From: Candidatus Rifleibacteriota bacterium
GTDB lineage: Bacteria > Muiribacteriota > Ozemobacteria > Ozemobacterales > Ozemobacteraceae
Length of the DNA: 64,000 nt
NCBI GenBank assembly: GCA_051747585.1
Contig: JBNJGH010000005.1
Location: 1-64,000 of the forward strand
Reading direction: 5' to 3'
Part shown: piece after piece, positions 28,946 through 39,401 of the stretch
Numbering within the stretch: the stretch's first letter is position 1
Layout of the letters: each line of letters starts with the position of its first letter
The notes under the pieces: generated by a model
Told to the model about the DNA's origin: nothing
The model's database searches: none
The model's input: only the letters and a program-made list of their open reading frames with translations
Program-made: the position numbers and the translations under genes

Positions 28946-30850
28946 ATGAGTAGATTAAAGATGAACATAGCAATTAAGCTTGATTTATTGCTTATCATCT
29001 TCTGGCTTGCCGTATTTTTTGGCATGCAGTTGCTTGGCTACTCAGTCAGCCCCATTCCCTTAATTATAGCCGGCGCCGGAACAATATTATTTGTTCATTT
29101 AAGTCTCGAATTAAAAGTACTTGCTCCTTTACGTCAATTTATCGATATAGCTGATAAAGTTGCAGACGGAGACGTATCGGAAGGGCTCAAAGATCTGAAA
29201 ATCAGTGATCTCGAAGAAGTTCAAGGTAGCTTCACCAAAATTGTCGGCAGCCTCATTGAATCCAGGGTCGTAATCGAAGACTATATGAGAGCAATTGGTG
29301 AGATGAATAAAGAGCTGGAGAAAAAGGTAGACTCTCTTTCTATTCTTTATTCGGCCGGGCAATCCATGGGCGGCAGCCTCAACGTCGACACGCTTGTGCG
29401 CAATCTGATTACCACCTTCAACGAACGACTTGGTATAACAGGCACTGCGGTTATGCTTTATAACGACAAAACCGATCTGGTCAGCGTAAAAGATTTAATG
29501 GGAATAGCACCTGAACTCTTTGCCAAGTTCAGATTTTATTCCGACAACCAGATTCTGGCCAGGGTTTTTGACGGAAAAGGCTATTGGCAGCCCGAAGAGC
29601 AAGATCACAACCTTATGGTTGCTGAATTTGAATCTGACGAAGTCAGATCTTTAAGGCTCTTTATTCCAATGAGAATAAAAGACCATTTTGTTGGCATAAT
29701 AGTGCTTGGCCCTAAGAAAGACGGAACAAAATATGAAGATGCAGAGATTCAATTGATTCAAGCACTTGTAGGTCTTGGCAGCACTTCGATCAACAATGCC
29801 ATGCTTTTCGAAAATTCAGAGTCAACCAAAAATGAGCTGGATCACAAGGTTTTCAACCTTATGACTCTTCAACAATCAGGAAAAGTTCTAAGCTCCACAC
29901 TTGATCTCGAAGAATTAATCAAGATTTCCATCGATATGTTTCTCGAAACCGTCTGGTCAAACAAAGGTATCTTAATGCTTCAATCAGATCAGGGGCCAAA
30001 GCTTGAAATTAAAGCATTCAAAGGCATAACCCCAGAAGAAATAGAAGCCCTGCAAAAAGATCCAGCCGAAGCATGGGCTATGACCACCATAGAAAAAGAA
30101 AAAAGGCCTATTCTAGCCCGGGAACTTGCCGGCAAAACTTCCTACCAGAATTATGCCACAATCAATAGAGAACTCCCCTTCGCCGTTTATGTTCCCATGT
30201 TGAAAGAGGGAGAACTTTACGGCGTAGTAAAAGTCGGACCCAAAATCAACGAAGAACCTTTCACCGAAAATGATCTTGAATTTTTCTCGACCATATCATC
30301 TCAAGCAGTTATAGCTTTTGAAAATGCACGCCTGTATTCTTTGGCTATTACCGACTCGATCACCCGACTTTACGTTCATCGCTACTTTCAGCTTAGACTC
30401 GAAGAAGAAGTCGCCAGAAGCAGGCGCTACAATTCTACAATTTCACTTCTAATGATTGATATAGATCATTTCAAGCCCATCAACGACAACTACGGACATC
30501 AGCAGGGTGATGTAATACTCAAAGATATGAGCAAAATAATGCGCAAAAATGTCAGAACCACTGATATTGCTGCCCGGTATGGTGGCGAAGAATTTGCCAT
30601 TATTCTTCCGGAAACCACTCAGGCCGATGCCAAAATCGTTGCCGAAAGAATCAGGCGAGATGTCAGCCACTATGACTTTCCTTCTATCATCCCCGGACAA
30701 CCACCTATAAAATGCTCTGTTTCAATTGGCGTAGCGGGCTTCCCCCTTAATGCAGACAGCAAAGACCAGCTTATCCAGAAAGCCGACAGCTCTCTCTACA
30801 AGGCCAAAGACTCGGGACGCAACAAAGTTGTACTTTGCGGAATAGACTGA
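28946..30850 (+). CDS. Membrane diguanylate cyclase (2TM-HAMP-GAF-GAF-GGDEF)
   Basis: DIDHFK, RTTD I-site, RYGGEEF; two GAF-like segments ending NAML/ENARL. Confidence 0.9.
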   Translation: MSRLKMNIAIKLDLLLIIFWLAVFFGMQLLGYSVSPIPLIIAGAGTILFVHLSLELKVLAPLRQFIDIADKVADGDVSEGLKDLKISDLEEVQGSFTKIVGSLIESRVVIEDYMRAIGEMNKELEKKVDSLSILYSAGQSMGGSLNVDTLVRNLITTFNERLGITGTAVMLYNDKTDLVSVKDLMGIAPELFAKFRFYSDNQILARVFDGKGYWQPEEQDHNLMVAEFESDEVRSLRLFIPMRIKDHFVGIIVLGPKKDGTKYEDAEIQLIQALVGLGSTSINNAMLFENSESTKNELDHKVFNLMTLQQSGKVLSSTLDLEELIKISIDMFLETVWSNKGILMLQSDQGPKLEIKAFKGITPEEIEALQKDPAEAWAMTTIEKEKRPILARELAGKTSYQNYATINRELPFAVYVPMLKEGELYGVVKVGPKINEEPFTENDLEFFSTISSQAVIAFENARLYSLAITDSITRLYVHRYFQLRLEEEVARSRRYNSTISLLMIDIDHFKPINDNYGHQQGDVILKDMSKIMRKNVRTTDIAARYGGEEFAIILPETTQADAKIVAERIRRDVSHYDFPSIIPGQPPIKCSVSIGVAGFPLNADSKDQLIQKADSSLYKAKDSGRNKVVLCGID

Positions 30851-30854
30851 AACT

Positions 30855-31301
30855 ATGCCGGTAAAAATAACAAATCAAAATATAGACCCTGGCAAGACCC
30901 CCGAGAACAAACACGTCAAAGGGAACAGTTCAGATCGAGGGCAGTTCAAAGCTGAACTCAAAACATCAAGCGTCAAAATACTCGACCAGAACCTCGAACA
31001 ACTTATAGATACAGTCAAAACCAGAGGGGAATCATTTTTAAAATCTCCCGACGAAAACCTTTTAAAATCTTATAAAGATTCTATAAAACAATTTTTAAAG
31101 AAAGTTACCAGAGAATTTCTTTCACTGAAAGAAGAATTTGGCGCTCCCAGCGAAGGAGAAAAAAAAGTTTTTCAGCTTGTAAATTCAACCGATTCAGAAG
31201 TAGAATCTTTGACCAGAGACACGCTAAATGAAAACCAGGCAGTAAATCTTTTATCAAGCCTAGATGACATAAGAGGGCTGGTTCTAGACATAATGGGATG
31301 A
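30855..31301 (+). CDS. YaaR/DUF327 family protein
   Basis: YK..IKQFL..V and C-terminal LDDIRGLVLD; lies near tmk as in Firmicutes. Confidence 0.75.
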   Translation: MPVKITNQNIDPGKTPENKHVKGNSSDRGQFKAELKTSSVKILDQNLEQLIDTVKTRGESFLKSPDENLLKSYKDSIKQFLKKVTREFLSLKEEFGAPSEGEKKVFQLVNSTDSEVESLTRDTLNENQAVNLLSSLDDIRGLVLDIMG

Positions 31302-31302
31302 A

Positions 31303-32178
31303 ATGACACAACCACAACCACTACAATTAATAGTTATCACAGGTCTTTCAGGAGCCGGAAAAACCACAGCCTCTCATTTTTTCGAAGATGCCGGCTATTT
31401 TTGCATGGATAATGTGCCACCGGCACTGTTACCCAAGTTTCTTAACATCTGCCTGGAATCGAATGGCAAGCTTTCAAAAATTGCAGTCGTTATAGATACC
31501 AGAGGCGGAACCTTCTTTGAAGATTTTTTCGAAGCCATAGATCAGGTTAAAAATCTTGGGGTTACGGTAAAAATTCTTTATTTAGAAGCAACAGAGGACT
31601 CACTGATTCGCCGCTTTTCGGAAACAAGGCGAAAACACCCATTGAACAGTGGATCTGACAGAATAATCGACAGCATTCGTCAGGAAAGAAGCATGCTCGA
31701 AGAGGCGCGGGCCAAATCTGACTTTATTCTCGATACCACTAACCGTAACAGTCGGGAACTTCAAGACGAGATTAGAAAAATTGCTCAAGAATATGTAAGC
31801 AACCAGAGCATGTCGGTTGTATTCTTGAGTTTCGGTTTTAAACATGGCATACCCATAGACTGCGACCTGGTATTCGATGTCAGATTTTTAGCAAACCCCT
31901 ATTATAATCCCCAGCTTAAACACTTGACCGGCGTTAATCCTGAGGTTTATGACTACGTTTTTTCATCAGAACTTGCTCAACAATTTGGAAAAAAACTTAA
32001 AGAGCTTGTCGATTTTCTTATTCCCTGCTTCTTAAACGAACCCAAAACCAGATTACAAATAGGGATTGGCTGCACAGGCGGCAGACATAGATCTGTTGCA
32101 TTTGCCGAATATCTTTTTAAAAATATAAGTCACGAAAATATAGTTTCTTCTCGGGTACACCGTGATCTTGGTCGATAA
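31303..32178 (+). CDS. rapZ: RNase adapter RapZ/YvcJ
   Basis: TGLSGAGKT, DNVPP, ETRRKHPL, FGFKHG, DVRFL.NPYY, GCTGGRHRSV. Confidence 0.95.
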   Translation: MTQPQPLQLIVITGLSGAGKTTASHFFEDAGYFCMDNVPPALLPKFLNICLESNGKLSKIAVVIDTRGGTFFEDFFEAIDQVKNLGVTVKILYLEATEDSLIRRFSETRRKHPLNSGSDRIIDSIRQERSMLEEARAKSDFILDTTNRNSRELQDEIRKIAQEYVSNQSMSVVFLSFGFKHGIPIDCDLVFDVRFLANPYYNPQLKHLTGVNPEVYDYVFSSELAQQFGKKLKELVDFLIPCFLNEPKTRLQIGIGCTGGRHRSVAFAEYLFKNISHENIVSSRVHRDLGR

Positions 32179-32253
32179 CTAACTTATATTAAGAATTTCC
32201 TTTGCGTTTTTTATACTTTTTGATATATTATTATATTTAGGAGTGGGTTAGAT

Positions 32254-33108
32254 TTGAAAAAACTGTACACAACAGGTTTTTTATTACTGCTGGCAATATT
32301 TTGTTTTCTTGCCGGCGGCGTTTTTGCGCAACAAAACCTTGAGCTTGATCTCAAGTTAAACAACAATAACGAATTCCCACCTGTTCCAGAATCAGGCGAG
32401 TTCAATCTTTCGCTTGCATCGCAAATGTTCGAAACCCACATAGATAAAGATACCGAAAAAAAAGAACGAACCAGGCTTGTTTCTGCTATTTCCGACGTTG
32501 AAATTCATGACAGCCTGAAAAATCAATCTGAACCCGAAGAGTTGTTCAGCCCTCTCGATCCTGATATAATTCAATTTGCCGACCCCATAGAGTCAGAAGA
32601 GTTCGCTTCAACTTTAACTCTGAACAACGGCTATAGCAGCCAATCTATGGCGAACAATTCTGACAGCCTTAAAATCGAAAAGCGTATGGGAAAATTCAAG
32701 CTTCTCGGCAGATATGAGCAAAAAGCTATTACTAGAATACCTGTTCCCATAAATAATGCCGATTCCGGTTACCCAAATCTTAGCGGTGAAAGTATGGCAC
32801 GGGGTTCGATCATCAGCCAATCAAACGATCAAGATACCCAACAAAACCTCAGTTCAGCGCTTGCTTCAAAATATTACCTTGAAGCTGTTTACAGCTTTCA
32901 ACCAAAAGTCCAGGGTAAAGTTTCTTACAGGCGCTCTATGATCGACAGCCTCCAGGCCAGGGAAGAACTGCAGGTTGAAGGTGTAGTTGAAACCGGCAGC
33001 GATGTTCTCATAAAAGCGGGTTATAACAACGAAACAAAACCTGAAATAAACGAACCCAAATCGAGCAAAGACAGCAAAGTCTGGACAGAATTTATTTTAA
33101 AATTCTAA
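32254..33108 (+). CDS. Exported hypothetical protein, possible small beta-barrel C-domain
   Basis: Signal peptide (VFA-QQ); C-terminal amphipathic strands ending WTEFILKF. Confidence 0.55.
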   Translation: MKKLYTTGFLLLLAIFCFLAGGVFAQQNLELDLKLNNNNEFPPVPESGEFNLSLASQMFETHIDKDTEKKERTRLVSAISDVEIHDSLKNQSEPEELFSPLDPDIIQFADPIESEEFASTLTLNNGYSSQSMANNSDSLKIEKRMGKFKLLGRYEQKAITRIPVPINNADSGYPNLSGESMARGSIISQSNDQDTQQNLSSALASKYYLEAVYSFQPKVQGKVSYRRSMIDSLQAREELQVEGVVETGSDVLIKAGYNNETKPEINEPKSSKDSKVWTEFILKF

Positions 33109-33112
33109 TCAG

Positions 33113-33397
33113 ATGCAAATTACTGATATTCGAATACACTGTATTAAAGAGCCAAAAAGCAAATTACTTGCTTTTGCAGAAGTAACATTAAACAGCTGTC
33201 TGGTAATAAGAGATTTTCAGATTTTTTCTTCTAAAAAAGGCACTTTTATTGGAATGCCAAGTCGTAAAATGCCCGATGGTACCTGGCGCGAAATGGTGTT
33301 TGCCATTGACACGAACCTTTCAGAGAAATTAAAGTCTCAGATTCTACGTGCCTACGAAGACGAAACAAACAGACCCGAGCATCAATTTTTATCCTGA
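33113..33397 (+). CDS. spoVG: SpoVG family nucleic-acid-binding protein
   Basis: MQITDIRI...A.VTL...FIGMPSRK..DG. Confidence 0.88.
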   Translation: MQITDIRIHCIKEPKSKLLAFAEVTLNSCLVIRDFQIFSSKKGTFIGMPSRKMPDGTWREMVFAIDTNLSEKLKSQILRAYEDETNRPEHQFLS

Positions 33398-33467
33398 ACA
33401 AATCGATTTCCACCCAAAAAGAGTTGCATGTTAGTATAAAGTGTGCTAATTTCTCAAGGTATAGAAT

Positions 33468-33539
33468 TGGGGTGTCGCCAAGCGGTAAGGCACCGGGTTT
33501 TGGGTCCGGCATTCGCAGGTTCGAATCCTGCCACCCCAG
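33468..33539 (+). tRNA. tRNA-Gln(UUG), CCA not encoded
   Basis: Acceptor stem TGGGGTG...CACCCCA; anticodon arm CCGGG-TTTTGGG-TCCGG; T-loop GGTTCGAATCC. Confidence 0.96.
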
Positions 33540-33542
33540 GTC

Positions 33543-33573
33543 AAAAAAACCTGCTTTCAAGCAGGTTTTTTTT
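33543..33573. terminator. Intrinsic (bidirectional-type) terminator after the tRNA
   Basis: AAAAAAACCTGCTT-TC-AAGCAGGTTTTTTT. Confidence 0.85.
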
Positions 33574-33710
33574 ATTTCTTTGGGTTGGGTGGAGGCAATA
33601 ATTATCTGAAACGAAGTGATAATCTTTGTCTAAAAATTGCTGAAGGTAATTCTGTAAAACAACGCGCAAGTTGTGTATAATGTTGAAGACAAATCTTGCG
33701 GAGGTTTGAG

Positions 33711-34727
33711 ATGACAGAAACTTTTCACTCACTGATACTGGCAGCCGGGAAAGGCACGAGAATGAAATCAGAACTCCCCAAGGTTGTACATCCGATTCTT
33801 GGCAAACCTATGGTTCGTTACGTCATTGATGCGGTAAAAGAGATGGGCTCAGCAGAAACCATTGTCGTAACCGGCTTTAAAAGTGAATTGGTGCAAAGAA
33901 ATCTTACCGACGCAAAGGTTTCTTTTGTTGAACAAACCGAACAACTGGGCACCGGTCACGCGGTTCAATGTTACGCCAGACAGGCTGAGAAAAAACCGGA
34001 TCATCTTCTGGTAGTTTGTGGTGACACCCCTCTCATTTCACGAAGCACCCTGAAGGAAATGCTGAGTATGCATCTAGAGCAAAAACCGGCAATTACAATG
34101 ATGACACTTGAAATGGAAAGCCCGGGGAACTATGGCAGAATTGTTCGTAAAGCCAACAAGGTTGTCGCAATAAGAGAAGCAAAAGATTGCTCAGCCGAAG
34201 AACTCAAAATTAAAGAAGTAAATCTTGCTGTTTATCTTTTTAATTCAGACTTCCTTTTTAATAACATTTTCAAATTAAACAGTGAAAACAAGCAAAATGA
34301 ATTTTACCTGACAGATTTGATAGAAATGGCTGCCAATAAAAATGATGGTGTTTTAACCTGCAAAGAAAAAGACGAGTCATCAACCCTTGGCATTAACAGC
34401 AGAATGCATCTGGCACAGGTCAGCACTATTTTACAGCAGCAAATTAACAACAAGCTTATGGATGAAGGGGTTACCATCGTAAATCCTGACCAGACCACGA
34501 TTGGACCCGATTGCCGAATAGGTAGGGACTCGATTATCTGGCCGGGAACAATCATTACCGGCAATTCAAATATAAGCGAAGGTTGCGAGATTGGTCCAAA
34601 TTGCGAAATAAATTCTTCAAGCATAGGTAAAAACTCAAAGATTAAATTCAGCATTATCGAACACACTTCTCTCAAATCAGATTCAAAAATTAAACCTTTC
34701 TCGGTTATCAAGCCTGGGAATTCATGA
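33711..34727 (+). CDS. glmU: GlmU-like UDP-GlcNAc pyrophosphorylase, C-terminally short (338 aa)
   Basis: ILAAGKGTRMKS.LPKV, EQLGTGHA, GDTPL, EFYLTD. GGAGGT RBS and upstream TGTGTATAAT. Ends after a few hexapeptide turns. Confidence 0.88.
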   Translation: MTETFHSLILAAGKGTRMKSELPKVVHPILGKPMVRYVIDAVKEMGSAETIVVTGFKSELVQRNLTDAKVSFVEQTEQLGTGHAVQCYARQAEKKPDHLLVVCGDTPLISRSTLKEMLSMHLEQKPAITMMTLEMESPGNYGRIVRKANKVVAIREAKDCSAEELKIKEVNLAVYLFNSDFLFNNIFKLNSENKQNEFYLTDLIEMAANKNDGVLTCKEKDESSTLGINSRMHLAQVSTILQQQINNKLMDEGVTIVNPDQTTIGPDCRIGRDSIIWPGTIITGNSNISEGCEIGPNCEINSSSIGKNSKIKFSIIEHTSLKSDSKIKPFSVIKPGNS

Positions 34728-34728
34728 A

Positions 34729-35691
34729 ATGTTGGAGTCAACAATGCAAAGCAATTCTAAAGTAAAACTTTTTTCCGGACAGGCAAACACACCACTTTTT
34801 TCTGAAATTTGCCGTTATCTTTTCACCTCTGAAGGCAAAATGCTGCACACCTCATTTGCCGACGGCGAACTCTACTGCCGCATTGAAGAATCTGTAAGAG
34901 GCTGCGATACATTTATTATTCAACCCACCTGCTATCCCGTAAATGTGAATTTAATGAAGCTTCTCATCTCAATAGACGCCCTTAAAAGAGCCTCAGCCGG
35001 AAGCGTTACCGCTGTTATCCCTTATTTTGGTTACTCACGCCAGGAAAAGAAAAGCACCGGCAGAGAACCCATTACGGCCAAACTGGTAGCAAATATTATT
35101 ACCACTGCAGGTGCCAACCGGGTAATGACTATAGATATGCATGACCCGGCACTTCAGGGCTTTTTTGATATTCCTGTCGATCATCTTTCTGCAGCAAGAA
35201 TGCTTGCCGAACATTTTGCCTCACGAGATTTAACCGACCATGTTGTGGTTTCTCCGGATACCGGCGGAGTGCTGCGGGCCAGGCAATTTGCCAATAAATT
35301 GCTTTTACCCATGGCGATTATAGATAAAAGAAGACCTGAAGCCAATAAGGCGATCGTAATGAATGTAGTGGGAGAAGTAGAAAACAAGCATTGTATAGTA
35401 ATTGACGACATAATCGATACGGCCGGAACCTTGGGAACTGTTGCCGACACCCTTATGGAGAGCGGCGCGAAATCCGTTACCGCCTGCTGTACTCATGCTA
35501 TTTTATCAGACCCTGCATCGGAAAGAATAGAAAACTCTACAGTAAATGAAATTATTTGCACAAACTCTGTGCCAATAAGCAAAGAGAAGAAAAAACGCTG
35601 CAATCTCACTGTTCTTTCAATTGCGCCACTCATTGGCGAAACTATTCGCAGAATATATGAAAGACGCTCTGTAAGCGAGCTTTTTCTTTAA
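34729..35691 (+). CDS. prs: Ribose-phosphate pyrophosphokinase
   Basis: FADGE, PYFGYSRQEKK, VVSPDTGG, DDIIDTAGT. Confidence 0.97.
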   Translation: MLESTMQSNSKVKLFSGQANTPLFSEICRYLFTSEGKMLHTSFADGELYCRIEESVRGCDTFIIQPTCYPVNVNLMKLLISIDALKRASAGSVTAVIPYFGYSRQEKKSTGREPITAKLVANIITTAGANRVMTIDMHDPALQGFFDIPVDHLSAARMLAEHFASRDLTDHVVVSPDTGGVLRARQFANKLLLPMAIIDKRRPEANKAIVMNVVGEVENKHCIVIDDIIDTAGTLGTVADTLMESGAKSVTACCTHAILSDPASERIENSTVNEIICTNSVPISKEKKKRCNLTVLSIAPLIGETIRRIYERRSVSELFL

Positions 35692-35707
35692 ACCGAGGTG
35701 ACTTAAG

Positions 35708-38167
35708 ATGACAAGATTTACAAGATTCACTGCAACCCTGCTTTTATGTGCATTTCTTGCCGCTATTTTCAGTGGTTGCGGCGGGAAACGTAAAAAAGAA
35801 ACGAATCCTGTTTCCGTTGAAGCTCCCGAAGATACAACAGAAGAATTTGCCAGCTGGCAACAGAGCACTGAAATAAGAGCCCAAATTGAAAATGGCGATT
35901 ATGAGTCAGCCCGAAGGCAGCTGATAAAAACAATAGATGCAGACCCTCAAAATGCGCAAGCTCACTTTTTTCTCGGGAAGTGCTACTTAGAAGAAAACGA
36001 GCTAAATCGCGCCAAAAACAGCCTTCAGAATGCGGTCGACCTGGATCCGCTCAATCGAGACTACGCCAGAGAGCTAGGAAAATGTCTGGTAAAAATTTCT
36101 GATCGACAGATAGACGAAGAATTGCCCAGCGAATCAATAGCCAACCTGAAAAAAGCTCTTTTATTGGAATTCGAACCTAACCAAACCAGAGATAAACTTG
36201 CCAATGCTTATAGCAAAACCGCCCAAACCCTTATAGAAAACGGCAATAGTGAAGATGCCGAAAACTTACTCATAGATGCTTTGAATCAAATTCCTGACAT
36301 GCCTTCACTTAGAGTAAAACTTGCCGAAGTGCTTATCGAAAATGATCGTCTCATGGAGGCAGAAAGGATTTTAAGTACTTTATCCGAAACAAACCCGAAC
36401 TACGAAAAGGGACTCATTTCTTATGCCAGCCTTCTCTATCGCATGGGCGAAGTCAACAATGCCAAAGACGTTCTTAACAAGGCTTTGTCAATTGCGCCGG
36501 CTGATCCGGAAGGGCTTGCTCTAAAAGCAAAGATTGAACGCAATGTTCCTGCAATTGAGCCTGAGCCTGATCTGGATGAAAGTCCCGCTCAAATAAAAGA
36601 ACAATTCGAACAGCTTAAAAGCAGTGGCGATTACGCCCAGCAAAAAGAGCTTTTGAATCAGCTTGTAACAAAATTTCCCGAAGAAGGATGGGCTTACCTT
36701 GAGCTCAGCCAGATCGACGAAAAGCTCGAGCTTTATGATGAAGCCCTTAAAAACGCCCGACTTTTTGTTGAAAGTAGCCCCGAATCGGCAGAGGGCAAGT
36801 TTCAACTGGCAAGTGTATTTACTCAGAAAGGCGCTTATGAAAAAGCGCTGAACTTGCTGAAAAGCCTTAATGACAGCGCAGTGCCAGAGGAAGAAATTCT
36901 TAATTTGTCGGGTCAGATACTGGCACGCATGGGTAATTTTGATCAAGCCCGCGAAAAATGGAACCAGGCTCTGGAAATTAACCCGGAACACGCAGCAACT
37001 ATTTTCAGTATAGGCCAACTGGAAATGGAAACGGGCAAAATAGACCAAGCCCAGCATCATTTTGAGCAAGCAGTTAAAATTGATCCGTTCAACGCAAAGT
37101 TCAGATATTTTGCCGGCCTCAACCTTATTCAAAGCCGGCTACAAAAGCAGGCACACAATTTCTGGGCAGCATCAATCGAATACCTGAACCGGCAAAACCC
37201 CTACACAGAAAGAATAATGCGTGCCCTAGACAAAGAAAACGAGAACTTACAAAACATATCTAACGAGGTAGAATCTCAACCAGAAGACTTGCCCTTAGTA
37301 AAGGTGCCTTCATCCGTAATTGAAGAATCTGCACCTGATCCAGAATATAAAGAGGCTCTCGACTATGCCAGGAAAGGCTATTTCAACGAAGCCATCAACG
37401 GCTTCAGAAATGTAATTAACCGCAACCCTTCTAATTTCAATGCCCTGATGAATCTGGGGAAGGTGTACGCAATAACCGGCAAAACAGCCAGGTCCTGTGC
37501 TTTGTATCTTAAAGCCCTCAAAATTGAACCGGCAAACACACACGCTTTGAAGGCTCTTGCAAACGCCTATTCAGATATCGGCCTTCACAGATTTGCCGCT
37601 GGAGTAACCGCTGAAGCAAGAACAACCCATCCTGGTGCTTTACAGGGCTTTCCTGAATACAAAGAGGCGACTTCAAGAATTCAAAACAATCCAAGGGCTT
37701 ACCAGCCTATTATAAATGCTCTTCTTGCCGAAGATCTTGACCAGGAAGCTCTAGCCCTTCTAAAAACAGGAATTTCTGAGCAACAGGAATCGGCCACTCT
37801 TCTTATGCTTCAAGGAGAAATACACAAAGAACTTGGGCAATTCGATACCGCCCTGGATTCATACCGAAAAGCCCTGAAACTCGAGCCACAGAATCCACAA
37901 CCCTATGTAAAAGCAGGTGATCTGCTATTGTCTGCCGGCCAGTATTCAAAGGCGATACAAGAATATAAAAAAGCTCTTAAGGCAAGCTTCATCGATCCCG
38001 ATACCATGTTTGTAATTGTTGACAGATTCAAACAACTTGGCAGAGATAATGAGGCTAAAAGAGTATTGGGCCGTCTTAAAAGTATGAACCTTAACCAGCG
38101 CCAGGTAGCTAAACTAGAAGCTCATCTTGGTGCTCCAATTGAAATTTCACCCGAGGAGAATAATTGA
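35708..38167 (+). CDS. Multi-TPR lipoprotein
   Basis: Lipobox IFSGC followed by many TPRs. Confidence 0.85.
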   Translation: MTRFTRFTATLLLCAFLAAIFSGCGGKRKKETNPVSVEAPEDTTEEFASWQQSTEIRAQIENGDYESARRQLIKTIDADPQNAQAHFFLGKCYLEENELNRAKNSLQNAVDLDPLNRDYARELGKCLVKISDRQIDEELPSESIANLKKALLLEFEPNQTRDKLANAYSKTAQTLIENGNSEDAENLLIDALNQIPDMPSLRVKLAEVLIENDRLMEAERILSTLSETNPNYEKGLISYASLLYRMGEVNNAKDVLNKALSIAPADPEGLALKAKIERNVPAIEPEPDLDESPAQIKEQFEQLKSSGDYAQQKELLNQLVTKFPEEGWAYLELSQIDEKLELYDEALKNARLFVESSPESAEGKFQLASVFTQKGAYEKALNLLKSLNDSAVPEEEILNLSGQILARMGNFDQAREKWNQALEINPEHAATIFSIGQLEMETGKIDQAQHHFEQAVKIDPFNAKFRYFAGLNLIQSRLQKQAHNFWAASIEYLNRQNPYTERIMRALDKENENLQNISNEVESQPEDLPLVKVPSSVIEESAPDPEYKEALDYARKGYFNEAINGFRNVINRNPSNFNALMNLGKVYAITGKTARSCALYLKALKIEPANTHALKALANAYSDIGLHRFAAGVTAEARTTHPGALQGFPEYKEATSRIQNNPRAYQPIINALLAEDLDQEALALLKTGISEQQESATLLMLQGEIHKELGQFDTALDSYRKALKLEPQNPQPYVKAGDLLLSAGQYSKAIQEYKKALKASFIDPDTMFVIVDRFKQLGRDNEAKRVLGRLKSMNLNQRQVAKLEAHLGAPIEISPEENN

Positions 38168-38421
38168 TGACACCTAAAGAATCAACTCTTGCCAGTCTTG
38201 ATAATTCAATCGACGAACTTAAAAAATCCATTGATTCGGTAAACGATACCGCATTAAAAAAAGATCTGGAAAAAACTTTAAACAATCTTAAAAAAGCTCG
38301 CGATAAAATGAGGCCCGGCAAGCCTATGGGCAGCTTATATGTGGCAATTATACCCTTTATAATTGTATTTTTATTGCTCGGCACTTATTTTTTTACCAAA
38401 CGCAACAACAACGCAGACTGA
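38167..38421 (+). CDS. Small coiled-coil protein with C-terminal TM helix
   Basis: GAGGAG RBS; overlaps the upstream stop; hydrophobic C-terminus. Confidence 0.65.
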   Translation: MTPKESTLASLDNSIDELKKSIDSVNDTALKKDLEKTLNNLKKARDKMRPGKPMGSLYVAIIPFIIVFLLLGTYFFTKRNNNAD

Positions 38422-38457
38422 CAAAATCTATTTTCACAGCATGAATCACAAAATAAA

Positions 38458-39396
38458 ATGAGAACTTATATTTTTGGACCCGTTCCTTCAAGAAGACTTG
38501 GTATATCTCTGGGAGTCGATTTGACTCCAACTAAAACCTGCTCTTTTGACTGCTTATATTGCCAGTTATCAAAAACCAGATTTCACACCTGCAAGAGATC
38601 AAGGTTTTGCGACCCCCAAGAGGTGTTAAAAGAGCTGAAAGAAGTGCTCGACGAAGTCGCCAGACCCGACTGGATAACCTTCTCGGGAACAGGTGAACCA
38701 ACCCTTCATAAGGATCTCGGCTATCTTATAAAAGAACTTAAAAAATTTACCCCGGTACCAGTATGTGTCATTACAAATTCATCACTTTTCCAGGATGAAA
38801 AAGTAAGACAGGAACTCATGGTCGCTGACCGGATTTTACCAACATTTTCAACTGTCCACGAGGATACTTTTCAAAAGATTCATCGGCCCATAGAGGGTAT
38901 TCATATACAACCTATATTAGAAGGGTTTAAAGATTTCTGCGACAATTTTAGCGGAATAATTGAACCCGAGGTGTTTGTCTGTCCGGGAATTAACGATACA
39001 GACGAAGAAGTAAGCGCTCTTGGTGACTTTTTACGCTCATTGCCAAACCTTACTTCGATTTATTTAAATACGGCCGTAAGAAGCCCTTTGGAAAATAAGA
39101 TTCTACCGGCAGATCATCTGCAACTTGACGATTTTCGCCGACGGCTCGATCTTTCTCTTCCGGTAATCACAGCCTTCGAGCGCAATATGGTTCCAGCCAG
39201 ACCTGCAAAGTGGAATAGAATTACTGCTGAAGCAGATGTTCTTAAGCTTCTGCTCAGGCATCCCTGTAATAAAATGCAGCTTGTCTATGTTTTAGGATCT
39301 CCCGAAAAAAAAGTAGAAAAGCTTTTAAATGATCTCGAAAAACAAAACAAAATTAGACTGCAACAAAACGGCGAATACAGGCTGGTAGGAAACTGA
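38458..39396 (+). CDS. Radical SAM protein (GPVPSRRLG.SLG family)
   Basis: FGPVPSRRLGISLGVDL, CSFDCLYC, FSGTGEPTL. Confidence 0.88.
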   Translation: MRTYIFGPVPSRRLGISLGVDLTPTKTCSFDCLYCQLSKTRFHTCKRSRFCDPQEVLKELKEVLDEVARPDWITFSGTGEPTLHKDLGYLIKELKKFTPVPVCVITNSSLFQDEKVRQELMVADRILPTFSTVHEDTFQKIHRPIEGIHIQPILEGFKDFCDNFSGIIEPEVFVCPGINDTDEEVSALGDFLRSLPNLTSIYLNTAVRSPLENKILPADHLQLDDFRRRLDLSLPVITAFERNMVPARPAKWNRITAEADVLKLLLRHPCNKMQLVYVLGSPEKKVEKLLNDLEKQNKIRLQQNGEYRLVGN

Positions 39397-39401
39397 ATAA
39401 C

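Noticed and set aside
33246..33609. ORFs 33246..33560 (-) and 33424..33609 (+)
   Set aside because: These are shadow ORFs over tRNA-Gln and its terminator.
34600..34760. Frameshifted glmU pseudogene
   Set aside because: No downstream acetyltransferase remnant exists in other frames, and prs starts immediately after the stop.
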